From Candidatus Latescibacterota bacterium (GTDB taxonomy: Bacteria > Latescibacterota > UBA2968): a stretch of 64,000 nucleotides of DNA. The notes beneath the pieces were generated by a model that was not told where the DNA came from, made no database searches, and saw only the letters and a program-made list of their open reading frames with translations. The translations under genes were made by a program, and so were the position numbers. Each line of letters opens with the position of its first letter. Position 1 is the first letter of the stretch. This document shows positions 1 through 9,232 of this stretch, in pieces. The stretch lies in assembly GCA_965222605.1 (NCBI GenBank), contig OZ244960.1, positions 5,920,001-5,984,000 of the forward strand, given 5' to 3'.

Positions 1-585
1 CGGGAAGGCATATCTTATGTATATGCCAAAAGTGAAGATGAAGTGTTAGAGCGCACTGTGGATGCCTTGATCAGTGGCAAAGTGATTGGATGGTATCAAG
101 GGCGGTTTGAATGGGGGCCACGTGCATTGGGCAATAGAAGTATTTTGGCTGATCCCAGGCGTGAAGAGATGAAGGATGTAGTCAATACCAAAATTAAATT
201 TCGTGAGCCCTATCGGCCTTTTGCACCATCGATATTGGCAAAAGAAGCAGAAAACTACTTTGATTTGCCACAAGTTGCTGCACACGACCCTGCCCGTTTT
301 ATGCTGTTGGTGGTACCTGTAAAAAAAGAAAAAAAAGACAAGTTGCCTGCGGTTACGCATGTGGATGGTACGGGGCGATTGCAAACGGTTTTTGAAGCTA
401 CAAATCCAAGGTATTATCATTTAATAGAGCGGTTTCATCAGGCTACAGGTGTGCCTGTAGTTTTGAATACTTCATTTAATTTGCGTGGTGAACCAATGGT
501 TACAACGCCTGCAAATGCGTATAGTACATTTTCACGTAGTGAAATGGACTTGCTGGTGATGGGGAATTATTTGGTGAGTAAGTGA
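1..585 (+). CDS. Carbamoyltransferase (NodU/CmcH family), C-terminal part; 5' end outside window
   Basis: Frame open from base 1; motifs GWYQGRFEWGPRALGNRSILADPR, KFREPYRPFAPS, PAVTHVDGTGRLQTV, VLNTSFNLRGEP. Confidence 0.93.
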   Translation, partial: REGISYVYAKSEDEVLERTVDALISGKVIGWYQGRFEWGPRALGNRSILADPRREEMKDVVNTKIKFREPYRPFAPSILAKEAENYFDLPQVAAHDPARFMLLVVPVKKEKKDKLPAVTHVDGTGRLQTVFEATNPRYYHLIERFHQATGVPVVLNTSFNLRGEPMVTTPANAYSTFSRSEMDLLVMGNYLVSK

Positions 586-731
586 TAATTTCTGCAAAGC
601 GTACCTTGTTGCGAACGCATCTGTGCAAAACACGCTTTTACTCTTAATGTGGGTTCCTAAAAATTATTCCTTCTAATGTGTTGTGAATATGACTGAATAA
701 ATTGGTCTGGCTGGCCCATAAGGAGAAGGCG

Positions 732-911
732 ATGTCTTATTTTAAACGAGTTGTGGACAAACTCGTTATTATGGGAGAATTGCTCGAATTTTTTTGGAAA
801 CGCAAACTGTGGTGGTTGATTCCGATGGTGTGCATGTTGTTGTTTTTTGGATTGCTCATTGTGTTTACCCATGGTACTGCGGTAGCGCCATTTATTTATA
901 CACTTTTTTAA
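732..911 (+). CDS. Small membrane protein, DUF5989-like
   Basis: AGGAG SD before ATG 732; family-like sequence FWKRKLWWLIP...AVAPFIYTLF; this family usually neighbours carbamoyltransferases. Confidence 0.8.
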   Translation: MSYFKRVVDKLVIMGELLEFFWKRKLWWLIPMVCMLLFFGLLIVFTHGTAVAPFIYTLF

Positions 912-989
912 AAGGTATCTTTATGTGTGATTCCACCGACAGACTGTTTTTAGGGTGTATACGACAAAAATTAAAAAAGCGAAAAGCTT

Positions 990-2723
990 ATGGATGGCGA
1001 TCAAATTGAGATGTTGGACGATGTCCTGAAGATGATCCTGACGTATATCCAGTCTCAGGGGTATGACCGGGTACGACTTTATCTTTACGACAGAGAGCGA
1101 GATGTGATGGTGGGAGCCTTCCAGGTAGGCATGGGACCTGAGTCGCCGTTTTCCACTATTGTATATCCATTGAACAGAGATCCCTATGCAAAACAGAGGC
1201 TGGATTCCAACCGCCCCTGGATCTACCGGACCGGGAGGCCAGAATACGAGGGGGTTAGCCGTCTCAATAGAGAAGCTGGCATCTTCTCCGATGCGACATC
1301 TCCCGAACTGGAATGGGCCGAAATTCTCCTGAAGATTGAAGAGGGAGGCAGGGAAATTCTGATCGGGCAGATCAGCCTGGATAACGAGTCCAGCAGGCGT
1401 CCCCTGGACCAGAAGTGCCTGGACCGGTTGATGGTGTACGCCTCCCATGCGGCCCTGGCCATCAGGCATACGCAACTCTACTATCGGATGGCTGAAGAAG
1501 TGCAGCACCGTACCTCAGAGCTAAATGAGCAAAACAGGCAGCAGGAGGTGCTGCTGCATATCAATCAGGCCGTGCAGGAGATGAAGCGCGTCTCAGACCT
1601 TGGGCAGATTGTTCGGATCTGTTACAAGCATCTACGGGAACTGGGGCTGGATTTCCAGGCGCTGGCGATCCACCGGCTAATTGATGAAGAAACACAGACA
1701 TTTGAGTCTTATGAGATCCAGCCTTCGGGAAAGTTCAACAGGCTGATGATGAAACGCGCCAATATCTACCGGATGTGGCAGGGTGGACAGACGGTCTATC
1801 GACGGGACCTGGAGGTGGACCCGGGTGGGATGACAGCGGAGACACTGACGGCGATCCGCAGGCGCTACGGGATCCTCCCCCGTTGCATCCTGGACATTCC
1901 ACACACCTTGGGAACGGTCGCCCTCGTGAGTGTGCATCCGAACGCCTTTGCCGAATCCGAGAAGGCATTTCTGGAACGGGTTGCCAGAGTGTTGTCCATG
2001 GGCCTCGTCCGAGTGGCGGACTTAGAGCAGATTCGCAACTATCAGGTACAATTGCGGACTCTGGCCTCTGAATTGACGCTGGCCGAAGAGAGGGAACGGC
2101 GTCGCATAGCAAGGGATCTGCACGACGGGATCGGTCAGACCTTACTGGTTTCGAGGATGAAGCTGAGAGGGCCGAGGGTCTCATCATCTCTTCCTGAGCT
2201 TGCGAGATCTATGGACGAAGCCTGTGAGTTTATCGATCAGGCGATTCAGAGCGTGCGGTCGCTGACCTTTGAACTCAGCCTGCCGATTCTTTACGAACTG
2301 GAGTTTGGCGCGGCGATGGAGTGGCTGGTCGAACAGATCCAGGAACAGCACGATGTTCAGATCGACTTAGAGGACGACGGGCAGCCGGAAAAGATGGATG
2401 AGGAGGTAACGGTGCTTCTCTTCCGCACGGTGCGAGAGTTGCTGATCAATGTCGTCAAGCACGCTCAGGCCCACAGCGTGAGGGTGTCGATCCGAAAAGA
2501 TGATAGCGGTATAAGGATTGAGGTCGAAGATGATGGAGTCGGATTTGACACTTCGCAAATAGATTTTGGCCGCGCATCCGACAAGGGGGGATTTGGTTTC
2601 TTCAGCATCCGGGAACGTCTGAATTTTTTGGGGGGAAATTTTCAAGTCGAATCCGAACCCGGCCAGGGCACCCGGGCCGTCCTGACGGCACCGCTAAAGC
2701 AGGACGGGCACCCCGGGACGTAA
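990..2723 (+). CDS. Soluble GAF-domain sensor histidine kinase (HisKA_3/NarX-like)
   Basis: H-box ERRRIARDLHDGIGQ, N-box ELLINVVKHA, DDGVGFD and GGFGFFSIRER; two GAF-like N-terminal regions; no obvious TM helix; start lacks a clear SD. Confidence 0.9.
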   Translation: MDGDQIEMLDDVLKMILTYIQSQGYDRVRLYLYDRERDVMVGAFQVGMGPESPFSTIVYPLNRDPYAKQRLDSNRPWIYRTGRPEYEGVSRLNREAGIFSDATSPELEWAEILLKIEEGGREILIGQISLDNESSRRPLDQKCLDRLMVYASHAALAIRHTQLYYRMAEEVQHRTSELNEQNRQQEVLLHINQAVQEMKRVSDLGQIVRICYKHLRELGLDFQALAIHRLIDEETQTFESYEIQPSGKFNRLMMKRANIYRMWQGGQTVYRRDLEVDPGGMTAETLTAIRRRYGILPRCILDIPHTLGTVALVSVHPNAFAESEKAFLERVARVLSMGLVRVADLEQIRNYQVQLRTLASELTLAEERERRRIARDLHDGIGQTLLVSRMKLRGPRVSSSLPELARSMDEACEFIDQAIQSVRSLTFELSLPILYELEFGAAMEWLVEQIQEQHDVQIDLEDDGQPEKMDEEVTVLLFRTVRELLINVVKHAQAHSVRVSIRKDDSGIRIEVEDDGVGFDTSQIDFGRASDKGGFGFFSIRERLNFLGGNFQVESEPGQGTRAVLTAPLKQDGHPGT

Positions 2724-2756
2724 ACTGGGGATCTCAGTTGCAGGGAGAAAAGGCTC

Positions 2757-2824
2757 ATCCATTTCCCGATGTCAATTCAGGTATATGGAAGTACACTTCT
2801 GGGGTTTTACCCAATTGTGCTTTT
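2757..2824 (+). promoter_or_regulatory. Conserved 68-bp element, copy A (between kinase and response regulator)
   Basis: Ungapped match of 52/68 nt to 8992-9059; contains dyads TCCA..CCCGA-N7-TCAGG..TGGA and TGGG-N6-CCCA, ending in a T run. Confidence 0.6.
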
Positions 2825-2898
2825 TCTCCTGCATCCTTATTTTGACCCTACATATATGCGTTGTTGAAGCAGGATGGTAAAGATAAAGGAGATGTGCC

Positions 2899-3552
2899 AT
2901 GAGCATCCGGATTGTTCTGGCTGATGACCACAAGATCCTGCGTGCCGGGCTGCGTGCCATGATTGTGGAACAACCCGACATGGAGGTAGTGGGAGAGGCC
3001 GAGAACGGGCGGCTGGCGGTGAATCTGGCCCGTACGCTCTCGCCCGATGTGGTTGTCATGGATATTGGTATGCCCGATTTGAACGGTATTGAGGCCACCC
3101 GCCAGATCGTTGCCGAGGTGCCCGGTGTTAAGATCATAGGCCTGTCGATGTATTCCGACAGACGGTATGTGGCGGGCCTGTTTGGCGCGGGTGCGTCTGG
3201 CTACCTGTTGAAGGACATCGAGTTCGAGGAATTGATCGAGGCCATTCAAGCCGTAGTTGCAGGCCAGGTCTATGTGAGTTCCGGCGTGACGGGCGTTGTG
3301 ATCGAAGACTATGTACACCGCATATCGGGAAATGAAGCTGGTGGTATCTCGGTGCTGACGCCCCGGGAGCGCGAGGTGCTTCAGCTCCTGGTCGAAGGCC
3401 GGTCCACGAAGCAGATTGCTTATGAACTTGAAGTGAGTATCAAGACCGTTGAATCACACCGTCACAGGGTGATGGAAAAACTGGACCTTCACAACATCGC
3501 CGATCTCACCAAATACGCGATCCGCGCAGGGCTGACATCCCTCGAAGCCTGA
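2899..3552 (+). CDS. NarL/LuxR-family DNA-binding response regulator
   Basis: REC domain (LADDH, DVVVMDIGMP, GYLLK) and LuxR HTH (LTPREREVLQLLVEGRSTKQIA...KTVESHR); AAGGAG SD. Confidence 0.96.
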   Translation: MSIRIVLADDHKILRAGLRAMIVEQPDMEVVGEAENGRLAVNLARTLSPDVVVMDIGMPDLNGIEATRQIVAEVPGVKIIGLSMYSDRRYVAGLFGAGASGYLLKDIEFEELIEAIQAVVAGQVYVSSGVTGVVIEDYVHRISGNEAGGISVLTPREREVLQLLVEGRSTKQIAYELEVSIKTVESHRHRVMEKLDLHNIADLTKYAIRAGLTSLEA

Positions 3553-3594
3553 TCGCGCAGAGGCGCTTTGGATTTACCAGCAGGAGATTACGCA

Positions 3595-6060
3595 ATGGAC
3601 AAGAGGCGATTTGGTCTGTGTGCTACCGGGATGCTGGGAGCTTTGTTTATCCTGTGTCTCAGCTTTGCGCCGGCTGAGGCATCTGGGATAAAGGAGGAGG
3701 TACAGGTGCTGGAGGGGCGTGTCAAGGCCGCCCCGGATAGCCCGGGATTGTGGCTTGAGTTGGGGTATGCCCGCTTAAAGGCGGGAGATCTGAAGGGGGC
3801 CGAGAAGGCGTTTTTGACGGCGGAAACGAAGGGGGAAGATGAGATTGATGCGAGGGCTTATAACGGCCTGGGGCTGGTCTATGCGGCGAAACCGAGGCAG
3901 CTTCAGGCGGCTGTCGATTATTTCCAAAAGGCGCTGAGGAAGCAGCCGGATTACGCCGAGGCGCATTTCAACAAAGCGCAGACGTATTATCTCCACAACT
4001 GGATGTCGCATGCGATTCAGGCTGCAAAGGATGCGCTGGCGGCCGATTCTACGAATGTGGCAGCGCAGCAATTGATTGACAAGTGCCGTGCAATCACTGC
4101 GGGGGATGTGGAGAAATCCAAGAAGATGTACGAGAAGTACCTGTCGTCGGACCCGGAGGACTTAGAGGGCTGGTCGGAATGGGGAGGACTGGCTGTGGCC
4201 GAAGGGAATTACGATCAGATTCTGACACGCCTGCCGGATGTGATCCGGAAGAAGCCGAAATGGCGGGACCTGTATCCGATTGTGGCGCAGGCGTTTTGGA
4301 AGAAGAATTTACTGGATCAGGCGTGGATCGGTTTTAGCAAGTACGTGGAGGGATTGGAAGAAGAGGAGCGAGTGCTGTACGAAGATGTGAGCCTGATTAT
4401 GTGGGGGGATGAGGCCCGTCGGTTCCAGCGGGCGTCCGCAGAGGAACGGCGGGCGATTGCAGCCCGTTTTTGGGAAGAGCGGGACCCGGACTATAATACG
4501 CCGATCAATGAGCGGTTGCTGGAGCACTACCGCAGGGTGTGGTATGCGCGGACCTATTTTTCCCGGTATAAGCAACCCTGGGATCGTCGCGGGGAGGTCT
4601 ATATCCGCTATGGGGAACCGGATCACCGCAGTCGTTCCAAGCAGCCAAGCCCGCCTTCTTCGACGTCTGTAAACGCGGTGAAGGAACGGTTTTTCAACAT
4701 GCTCTACAGGGACCACTACATTTTGCTCGCCATGGGCGGTGGATCGGAAATCCCGTACCTGGATCCCCTGGAAATAGATGAAGGACTTCTGCCCGAGGAT
4801 CAGGCGATTTTGATGGAGACCGAGGGCGGATTGTACCAGGAGGGAACCACGATGACGGGTGTGCAGTGGTTTGACGCGGTCACGGGGGGGCTGACCGGGT
4901 CTTTGGTGGGGCCGGTGTTTCCCATCCGCTCTTATGATCCCGGTGCTGTCTTCGGGCTTTATCTGCCCGTGGGAGCCAGCGATTTCAGCCTTGTGCCGTG
5001 GGAGTCGTGGACATATACGGGAGTAGATGGGGGTATTGTGATCGACTTTACCAGAGAGAGCGGCAAGATGGGATTCGATTATGCGCCGATTCCAGAACTG
5101 GGCAAGACACCGGGGTTGCGGCATGGTACACAGGCCGGCATTGACGATATCCGGGCTATGAACGCCTTTACACGACGGGCGCCGATATCGATTGCGCGCA
5201 GGGCGTTTGCGGCAGTGCCGGATCGGTATATGGTTTCCGATGAGGACTTCCCCTTAGACTTCTACTTCGATGAGGCCAGGTTCCGGGGGCAGGCAGATGC
5301 CGTCCGCGTGGAGGTCTATTACGGTGTGCCGATGTCCGAGGCGACTTACTCGCCGACCGACAGCGCGACGGGGCTGAGGGCGGCCTGCCGGATCGCGCTT
5401 GTCAGAAAAGCAGATGGAAAGGTTTACCGGTCCGGAAACGAGCTGGCCTACCTGGAGCCGGGAAATCGGACCGGGGGGACCGGATTTATTCCCCAGGTGG
5501 TCACCGTGAATGTGCCTCCCGGTGAATATACCCTGGATGTGCGGATGGAGGATAGGTTGAAGGGGGAGGCCGGTGCCTATCGCAAGCAGGTGACCGTAGA
5601 GTCGTATCCGGCAGGGTCGTTGAAACTGAGCGATATCCAGTTGGCCTGGAAGGTCTCTGCAGGGGACGAACCGGGGCCGTTCTCCAAGAACGGGCTGAAG
5701 GTGGTGCCGATGCCGACGCGGCTGTACAAAAAGGGACAGCCTGTTTTCATCTATTACGAGATCTACAATCTCAAGCGAAACGCGTTTGGGATGACCAGCT
5801 ATACGGTGGAATACACGATTCGGTCGGGCAAACCGCCTGGGGCAATTTCGCGGATTTTCCGGGCATTCAGAGACGAGGAGCCGGGTGTAGAGGTCGCGGT
5901 GGAGCAGGAGCAACTCGGCAGGCAGGAGACGCAGCCCAGTTATATCGAACTCGATTTGAATGAGGTGGTGCCCGGACAGGTCGTGCTGACGGTTTCGGTA
6001 AAAGACCTCAACTCAGACGAGACAGCTTCCAGTGAGGCGAAGTTCGAGATCAAGGAGTAA
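3595..6060 (+). CDS. Secreted TPR + GWxTD-domain protein
   Basis: AGGAG SD, signal peptide, N-terminal TPRs, then FWEERDPDYNTPINERLLEHYRRVWYAR...WDRRGEVYIRYGEPD and C-terminal beta-sandwich region (LSDIQLA...IYYEIYNL). Confidence 0.88.
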   Translation: MDKRRFGLCATGMLGALFILCLSFAPAEASGIKEEVQVLEGRVKAAPDSPGLWLELGYARLKAGDLKGAEKAFLTAETKGEDEIDARAYNGLGLVYAAKPRQLQAAVDYFQKALRKQPDYAEAHFNKAQTYYLHNWMSHAIQAAKDALAADSTNVAAQQLIDKCRAITAGDVEKSKKMYEKYLSSDPEDLEGWSEWGGLAVAEGNYDQILTRLPDVIRKKPKWRDLYPIVAQAFWKKNLLDQAWIGFSKYVEGLEEEERVLYEDVSLIMWGDEARRFQRASAEERRAIAARFWEERDPDYNTPINERLLEHYRRVWYARTYFSRYKQPWDRRGEVYIRYGEPDHRSRSKQPSPPSSTSVNAVKERFFNMLYRDHYILLAMGGGSEIPYLDPLEIDEGLLPEDQAILMETEGGLYQEGTTMTGVQWFDAVTGGLTGSLVGPVFPIRSYDPGAVFGLYLPVGASDFSLVPWESWTYTGVDGGIVIDFTRESGKMGFDYAPIPELGKTPGLRHGTQAGIDDIRAMNAFTRRAPISIARRAFAAVPDRYMVSDEDFPLDFYFDEARFRGQADAVRVEVYYGVPMSEATYSPTDSATGLRAACRIALVRKADGKVYRSGNELAYLEPGNRTGGTGFIPQVVTVNVPPGEYTLDVRMEDRLKGEAGAYRKQVTVESYPAGSLKLSDIQLAWKVSAGDEPGPFSKNGLKVVPMPTRLYKKGQPVFIYYEIYNLKRNAFGMTSYTVEYTIRSGKPPGAISRIFRAFRDEEPGVEVAVEQEQLGRQETQPSYIELDLNEVVPGQVVLTVSVKDLNSDETASSEAKFEIKE

Positions 6061-6088
6061 AATTTCGCAGGGAAATTTGTGTTGAGGT

Positions 6089-6131
6089 AGCGGGCTATGG
6101 ATCGCGTTTCGATCTGGGCCCGCTTTTTTTT
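6089..6131 (+). terminator. Intrinsic terminator between convergent genes
   Basis: AGCGGGC..GATCG / CGATC..GCCCGCT stem followed by a run of about 8 T. Confidence 0.75.
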
Positions 6132-6137
6132 GTGTTT

Positions 6138-8894
6138 TTATGGAGTTTGGAATACGCCCTGTCCGTATGTTCCGGCATATACCGTTTCGGGATGCGAAGG
6201 GTGAATGGTCAGGGTGTAAACAAAGGTGTCTGCCAGCCCTGCGGGAATCCAGCTTCGACCCCCATTCGTCGTTTTGTAGATACCACCACCGGGGGTCGCG
6301 GCGTAAACTGTCCGGGGGGTCGCAGGGTGAATAATAAGGAAGAGGATGCGCTTATTGATCAATCCTGTGTTGACGGGCGTCCAGAACATTCCCCCATCCA
6401 CACTTTTGAATACACCGTCGTATGTCCCCGCGTAGAGGGTGTGGAGATGTGATGGGTGGATGGCGAGGGTTCGGACCTCTGTGTTTGTCAAGCCAGTGCT
6501 GGAGGGTGTCCAGGATGCGCCTGCGTCAGTGCTTTTGAAGACGCTGTTCAAGGTTCCTGCGTAGAGGGTGTGGGGATGTGATGGGTGGATAATAAGAGAG
6601 AGGATATTTGTATTTGTCATGCCTGCGCTGGTCGATGTCCATGATGCGCCCGCGTCGGTGGTTTTGAAGATGCCGGCGGCAGTTCCTGCATAGAGGGTGT
6701 GGGGATGTGATGGGTGGGTAGCAAGGGCCTGGATCTTTGTATTTGTCATACCTGTGCTGGTCGATGTCCAGGATGCGCCCGCGTCGGTGGTTTTGAAGAT
6801 GCCGTCCAGGGTTCCTGCGTAGAGGGTGTGGGAGTTGGCAGGGTGGACAGTTAGGGAGAGGACCTTTGTATTTGCAAGTCCTTCGTCGGCTTCCCCCCAG
6901 AACGCACCTCCGTCGGTTGTTTTGAATACGCCGCCCAGGGTTCCTGCGTAGAGGATCTGGGGATTTTCGAGATCGGGCACCAGGCAAAGTACCCTCGCAC
7001 CGGGTAGTCCTCTTTTCCTCCAGGCCGTCTCCTCAGTCCCGGTTTTGAATACGCCGCCCAGGGTTCCTGCGTAAACGGTCCGGGCATTCTGGGGATCTAC
7101 CGTCAGGGAGAGGGTGATCAGATGGGTCAGGCCCACGATGGTTCTCTTCCAGGTTGCCCCGCCATTCGTGGTTTTGAAGATGCCTCCCCCTGTTCCGGCA
7201 TAGACGGTTTGAGGGGTTTCGGGATCGATTGCCAGGGCAAAGATCCATTTCTGAGTTAGCCCGGTGCCGGCGGACGCCCAGGTTTTTCCCTCGTCGGTTG
7301 TTTTGAATAGCCCCCCGCCAGCTACTCCAGCATAGAGGGTCCGGGGATTTTTGGGATCGATCGCCAGTGCAAAGGTTTTCATATCCATCTGCTCTATATG
7401 GGTCCAGATGCTTCCCCCCTGGGAAGACCTGTAAATACCTTCTGCTGTTCCAGCATAGAGGGTCTGGGGACGGGCAGGGTGGACGGCCAGGGAGAGGACG
7501 CTGGTATGGCTGAGACCCAGAAGAGACCATACCATGTCCCCATTTTGGGTTTTGAAGATGCCGCCGGCTGTTCCCGCATAGACCGTGCGGGTATCTGCAG
7601 GGTCGATCATCAGAGAGAGAATTTCCCCGTGGGTCAGTCCGGTATTGACCGCTGCCCAGGAATGTCCTCCGCTGTCACTTTTGAAGATGCCTTTTCCGGC
7701 TGTTCCAGCATAGAGGGTCTGGGAATTAATGGGATTGACCGCCAGAGCATAGACCCGGGTGCCTGCCAGCACCGGTCGAGTCCAGGATGTGCCTCCGTCG
7801 ATGCTTTTGAACAGGCCTCCGGTTGCTCCGGCATAGACGATCCGGGGGTCTGAGGGGGCCAGTGCCAGTGCCTGGATATCCACATTTGTCAGCCCGGTGT
7901 TGAGCGCTGTCCAGGCAGACCCTCCGCTGGCGGTTTTGAAGATGCCGTTTGTGGTTCCTGCGTAGAGGGTGTGGAGATTTTGGGGATCAGTTGCCAGGAT
8001 ATAGACGTTCAGGTCGGTCAGTCCTTCAGAGTGCCAGGTCGTTCCCGCATTGGCGGTTTTGAAGATGCCGTTTGTGGTTCCTGCGTAGAGGGTGTGGGGA
8101 TTTTGGGGGTCAGTTGTCAGGGTATAGACATTCAGGTTGGTCAGGCCTGCACGGTGCCAGGTCGTTCCCGCATTGGTGGTTTTGAAGATGCCGTTTGTGG
8201 TTCCTGCGTAGAGGGTGTGGGGATTTTGGGGGTCAGTTGTCAGGGTATAGACATTCAGGTTGGTCAGGCCTGCACGGTGCCAGGTTGCACCTGCATCTGT
8301 GGTTTTGAAGATGCCGTTTGTGGTTCCTGCGTAGAGAGTGTGGAGATTTTGGGGGTCAGTTGTCAGGGTATAGACATTCAGGTCGGTCAGGCCTGCACGG
8401 TGCCAGGTTGCACCTGCATCTGTGGTTTTGAAGATGCCATTTGTGGTTCCGGCATAGAGAGTGTGGAGATTTTGGGGGTCAGTTGTCAGGGCATAGATGT
8501 TCAGGTTGACCAACCCTGTGTTGACGGTTGTCCAGGCAGATCCTCCACTGGTGGTTTTGAAGATGCCGCCACCTTTTGTTCCGGCATAGAGGATCTGGGG
8601 ATGCGAGGGGTCAAATACAAGAGAAGAGATATTGTTATTGGTTATTCCCGCATTGACGGGCAACCAGGTTGCCCCTCTATCGGTGGTTTTGAAGATGCCG
8701 CCACCTTCTGTTCCGGCATAGAGGATCTGGGGATGCGAGGGAGTGATGACAAGGGCCGAAACTATTCCGCCGTAAGGCCCCTTGTTCGCCCAGAGGACGC
8801 CTCCAGCGGCATTTCCGCACAGAATCAGACACAACAGGGCTATCCCCGCTGTGTACTGCGCGAGCCAGCAGGCCCGGTCAGTTATCATTGCCAT
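6138..8894 (-). CDS. Secreted BNR/Asp-box repeat beta-propeller protein (Vps10/YVTN-like), 21 repeats
   Basis: Signal peptide, then 21 repeats of (T/I)(L/V)YAGT.GG.FK(T/S)TDGG..W; no other domain seen. Confidence 0.88.
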   Translation of the reverse strand: MAMITDRACWLAQYTAGIALLCLILCGNAAGGVLWANKGPYGGIVSALVITPSHPQILYAGTEGGGIFKTTDRGATWLPVNAGITNNNISSLVFDPSHPQILYAGTKGGGIFKTTSGGSAWTTVNTGLVNLNIYALTTDPQNLHTLYAGTTNGIFKTTDAGATWHRAGLTDLNVYTLTTDPQNLHTLYAGTTNGIFKTTDAGATWHRAGLTNLNVYTLTTDPQNPHTLYAGTTNGIFKTTNAGTTWHRAGLTNLNVYTLTTDPQNPHTLYAGTTNGIFKTANAGTTWHSEGLTDLNVYILATDPQNLHTLYAGTTNGIFKTASGGSAWTALNTGLTNVDIQALALAPSDPRIVYAGATGGLFKSIDGGTSWTRPVLAGTRVYALAVNPINSQTLYAGTAGKGIFKSDSGGHSWAAVNTGLTHGEILSLMIDPADTRTVYAGTAGGIFKTQNGDMVWSLLGLSHTSVLSLAVHPARPQTLYAGTAEGIYRSSQGGSIWTHIEQMDMKTFALAIDPKNPRTLYAGVAGGGLFKTTDEGKTWASAGTGLTQKWIFALAIDPETPQTVYAGTGGGIFKTTNGGATWKRTIVGLTHLITLSLTVDPQNARTVYAGTLGGVFKTGTEETAWRKRGLPGARVLCLVPDLENPQILYAGTLGGVFKTTDGGAFWGEADEGLANTKVLSLTVHPANSHTLYAGTLDGIFKTTDAGASWTSTSTGMTNTKIQALATHPSHPHTLYAGTAAGIFKTTDAGASWTSTSAGMTNTNILSLIIHPSHPHTLYAGTLNSVFKSTDAGASWTPSSTGLTNTEVRTLAIHPSHLHTLYAGTYDGVFKSVDGGMFWTPVNTGLINKRILFLIIHPATPRTVYAATPGGGIYKTTNGGRSWIPAGLADTFVYTLTIHPSHPETVYAGTYGQGVFQTP
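7930..8520. repeat. Intragenic tandem repeat, about 5 near-identical 120-bp units (40 aa)
   Basis: GTTTTGAAGATGCC(G/A)TTTGTGGTTCC recurs every 120 bp; encodes LTTDPQN(L/P)HTLYAGTTNGIFKT..AG.TWHRAGLT.LNVY. Confidence 0.9.
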
Positions 8895-8959
8895 CCGTCC
8901 TTTCCAGGATGATGCTGAAGGAACGCTTTGTGGGCATGGACGGCAATATAATGTACAGC

Positions 8960-9122
8960 CGCCTGTAAAATCAAGCTCTGCACAACAAATTATCCATTCC
9001 CTGATATCATTTCAGGTTTTTGGAACCGCACAATCAGGGTTTGTCCCAATTGTGCTTTTACTTTTCTGGTTATAAATTGTAATTATTCTGACCATAATTT
9101 GTGATTATCTATTTTACAGGCG
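8960..9122. repeat. Perfect 12-bp inverted repeat plus nested 9-bp inverted repeat around a divergent promoter region
   Basis: CGCCTGTAAAAT (8960-8971) / ATTTTACAGGCG (9111-9122); ACAAATTAT (8985-8993) / ATAATTTGT (9094-9102). Confidence 0.7.
8992..9059 (+). promoter_or_regulatory. Conserved 68-bp element, copy B (leader of cassette I)
   Basis: 52/68 identity to 2757-2824; dyads CCTGA-N7-TCAGG and GCACAAT..GGG-N5-CCC.ATTGTGC followed by TTTT. Confidence 0.6.
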
Positions 9123-9232
9123 TATCTGAGTACCCCGAAAGGAGGTATGAATGTAAAGAGATTTAACGAATACGTGGTTGTGTTGAGGGTTTTTATCATA
9201 TTTCAGCCCTGCATGCAGGAAGGAGGAGAGCC

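Noticed and set aside
7930-8520. Regularly spaced repeats resembling a CRISPR array
   Set aside because: Period is 120 bp (a multiple of 3), intervening sequence is also repeated rather than unique, it lies inside an open protein frame, and no cas genes are present
9120-9150. Hammerhead ribozyme or c-di-GMP riboswitch (CTGA...GAAA)
   Set aside because: Core consensus (CUGANGA, or GGCAAAC-type motifs) and flanking helices do not match
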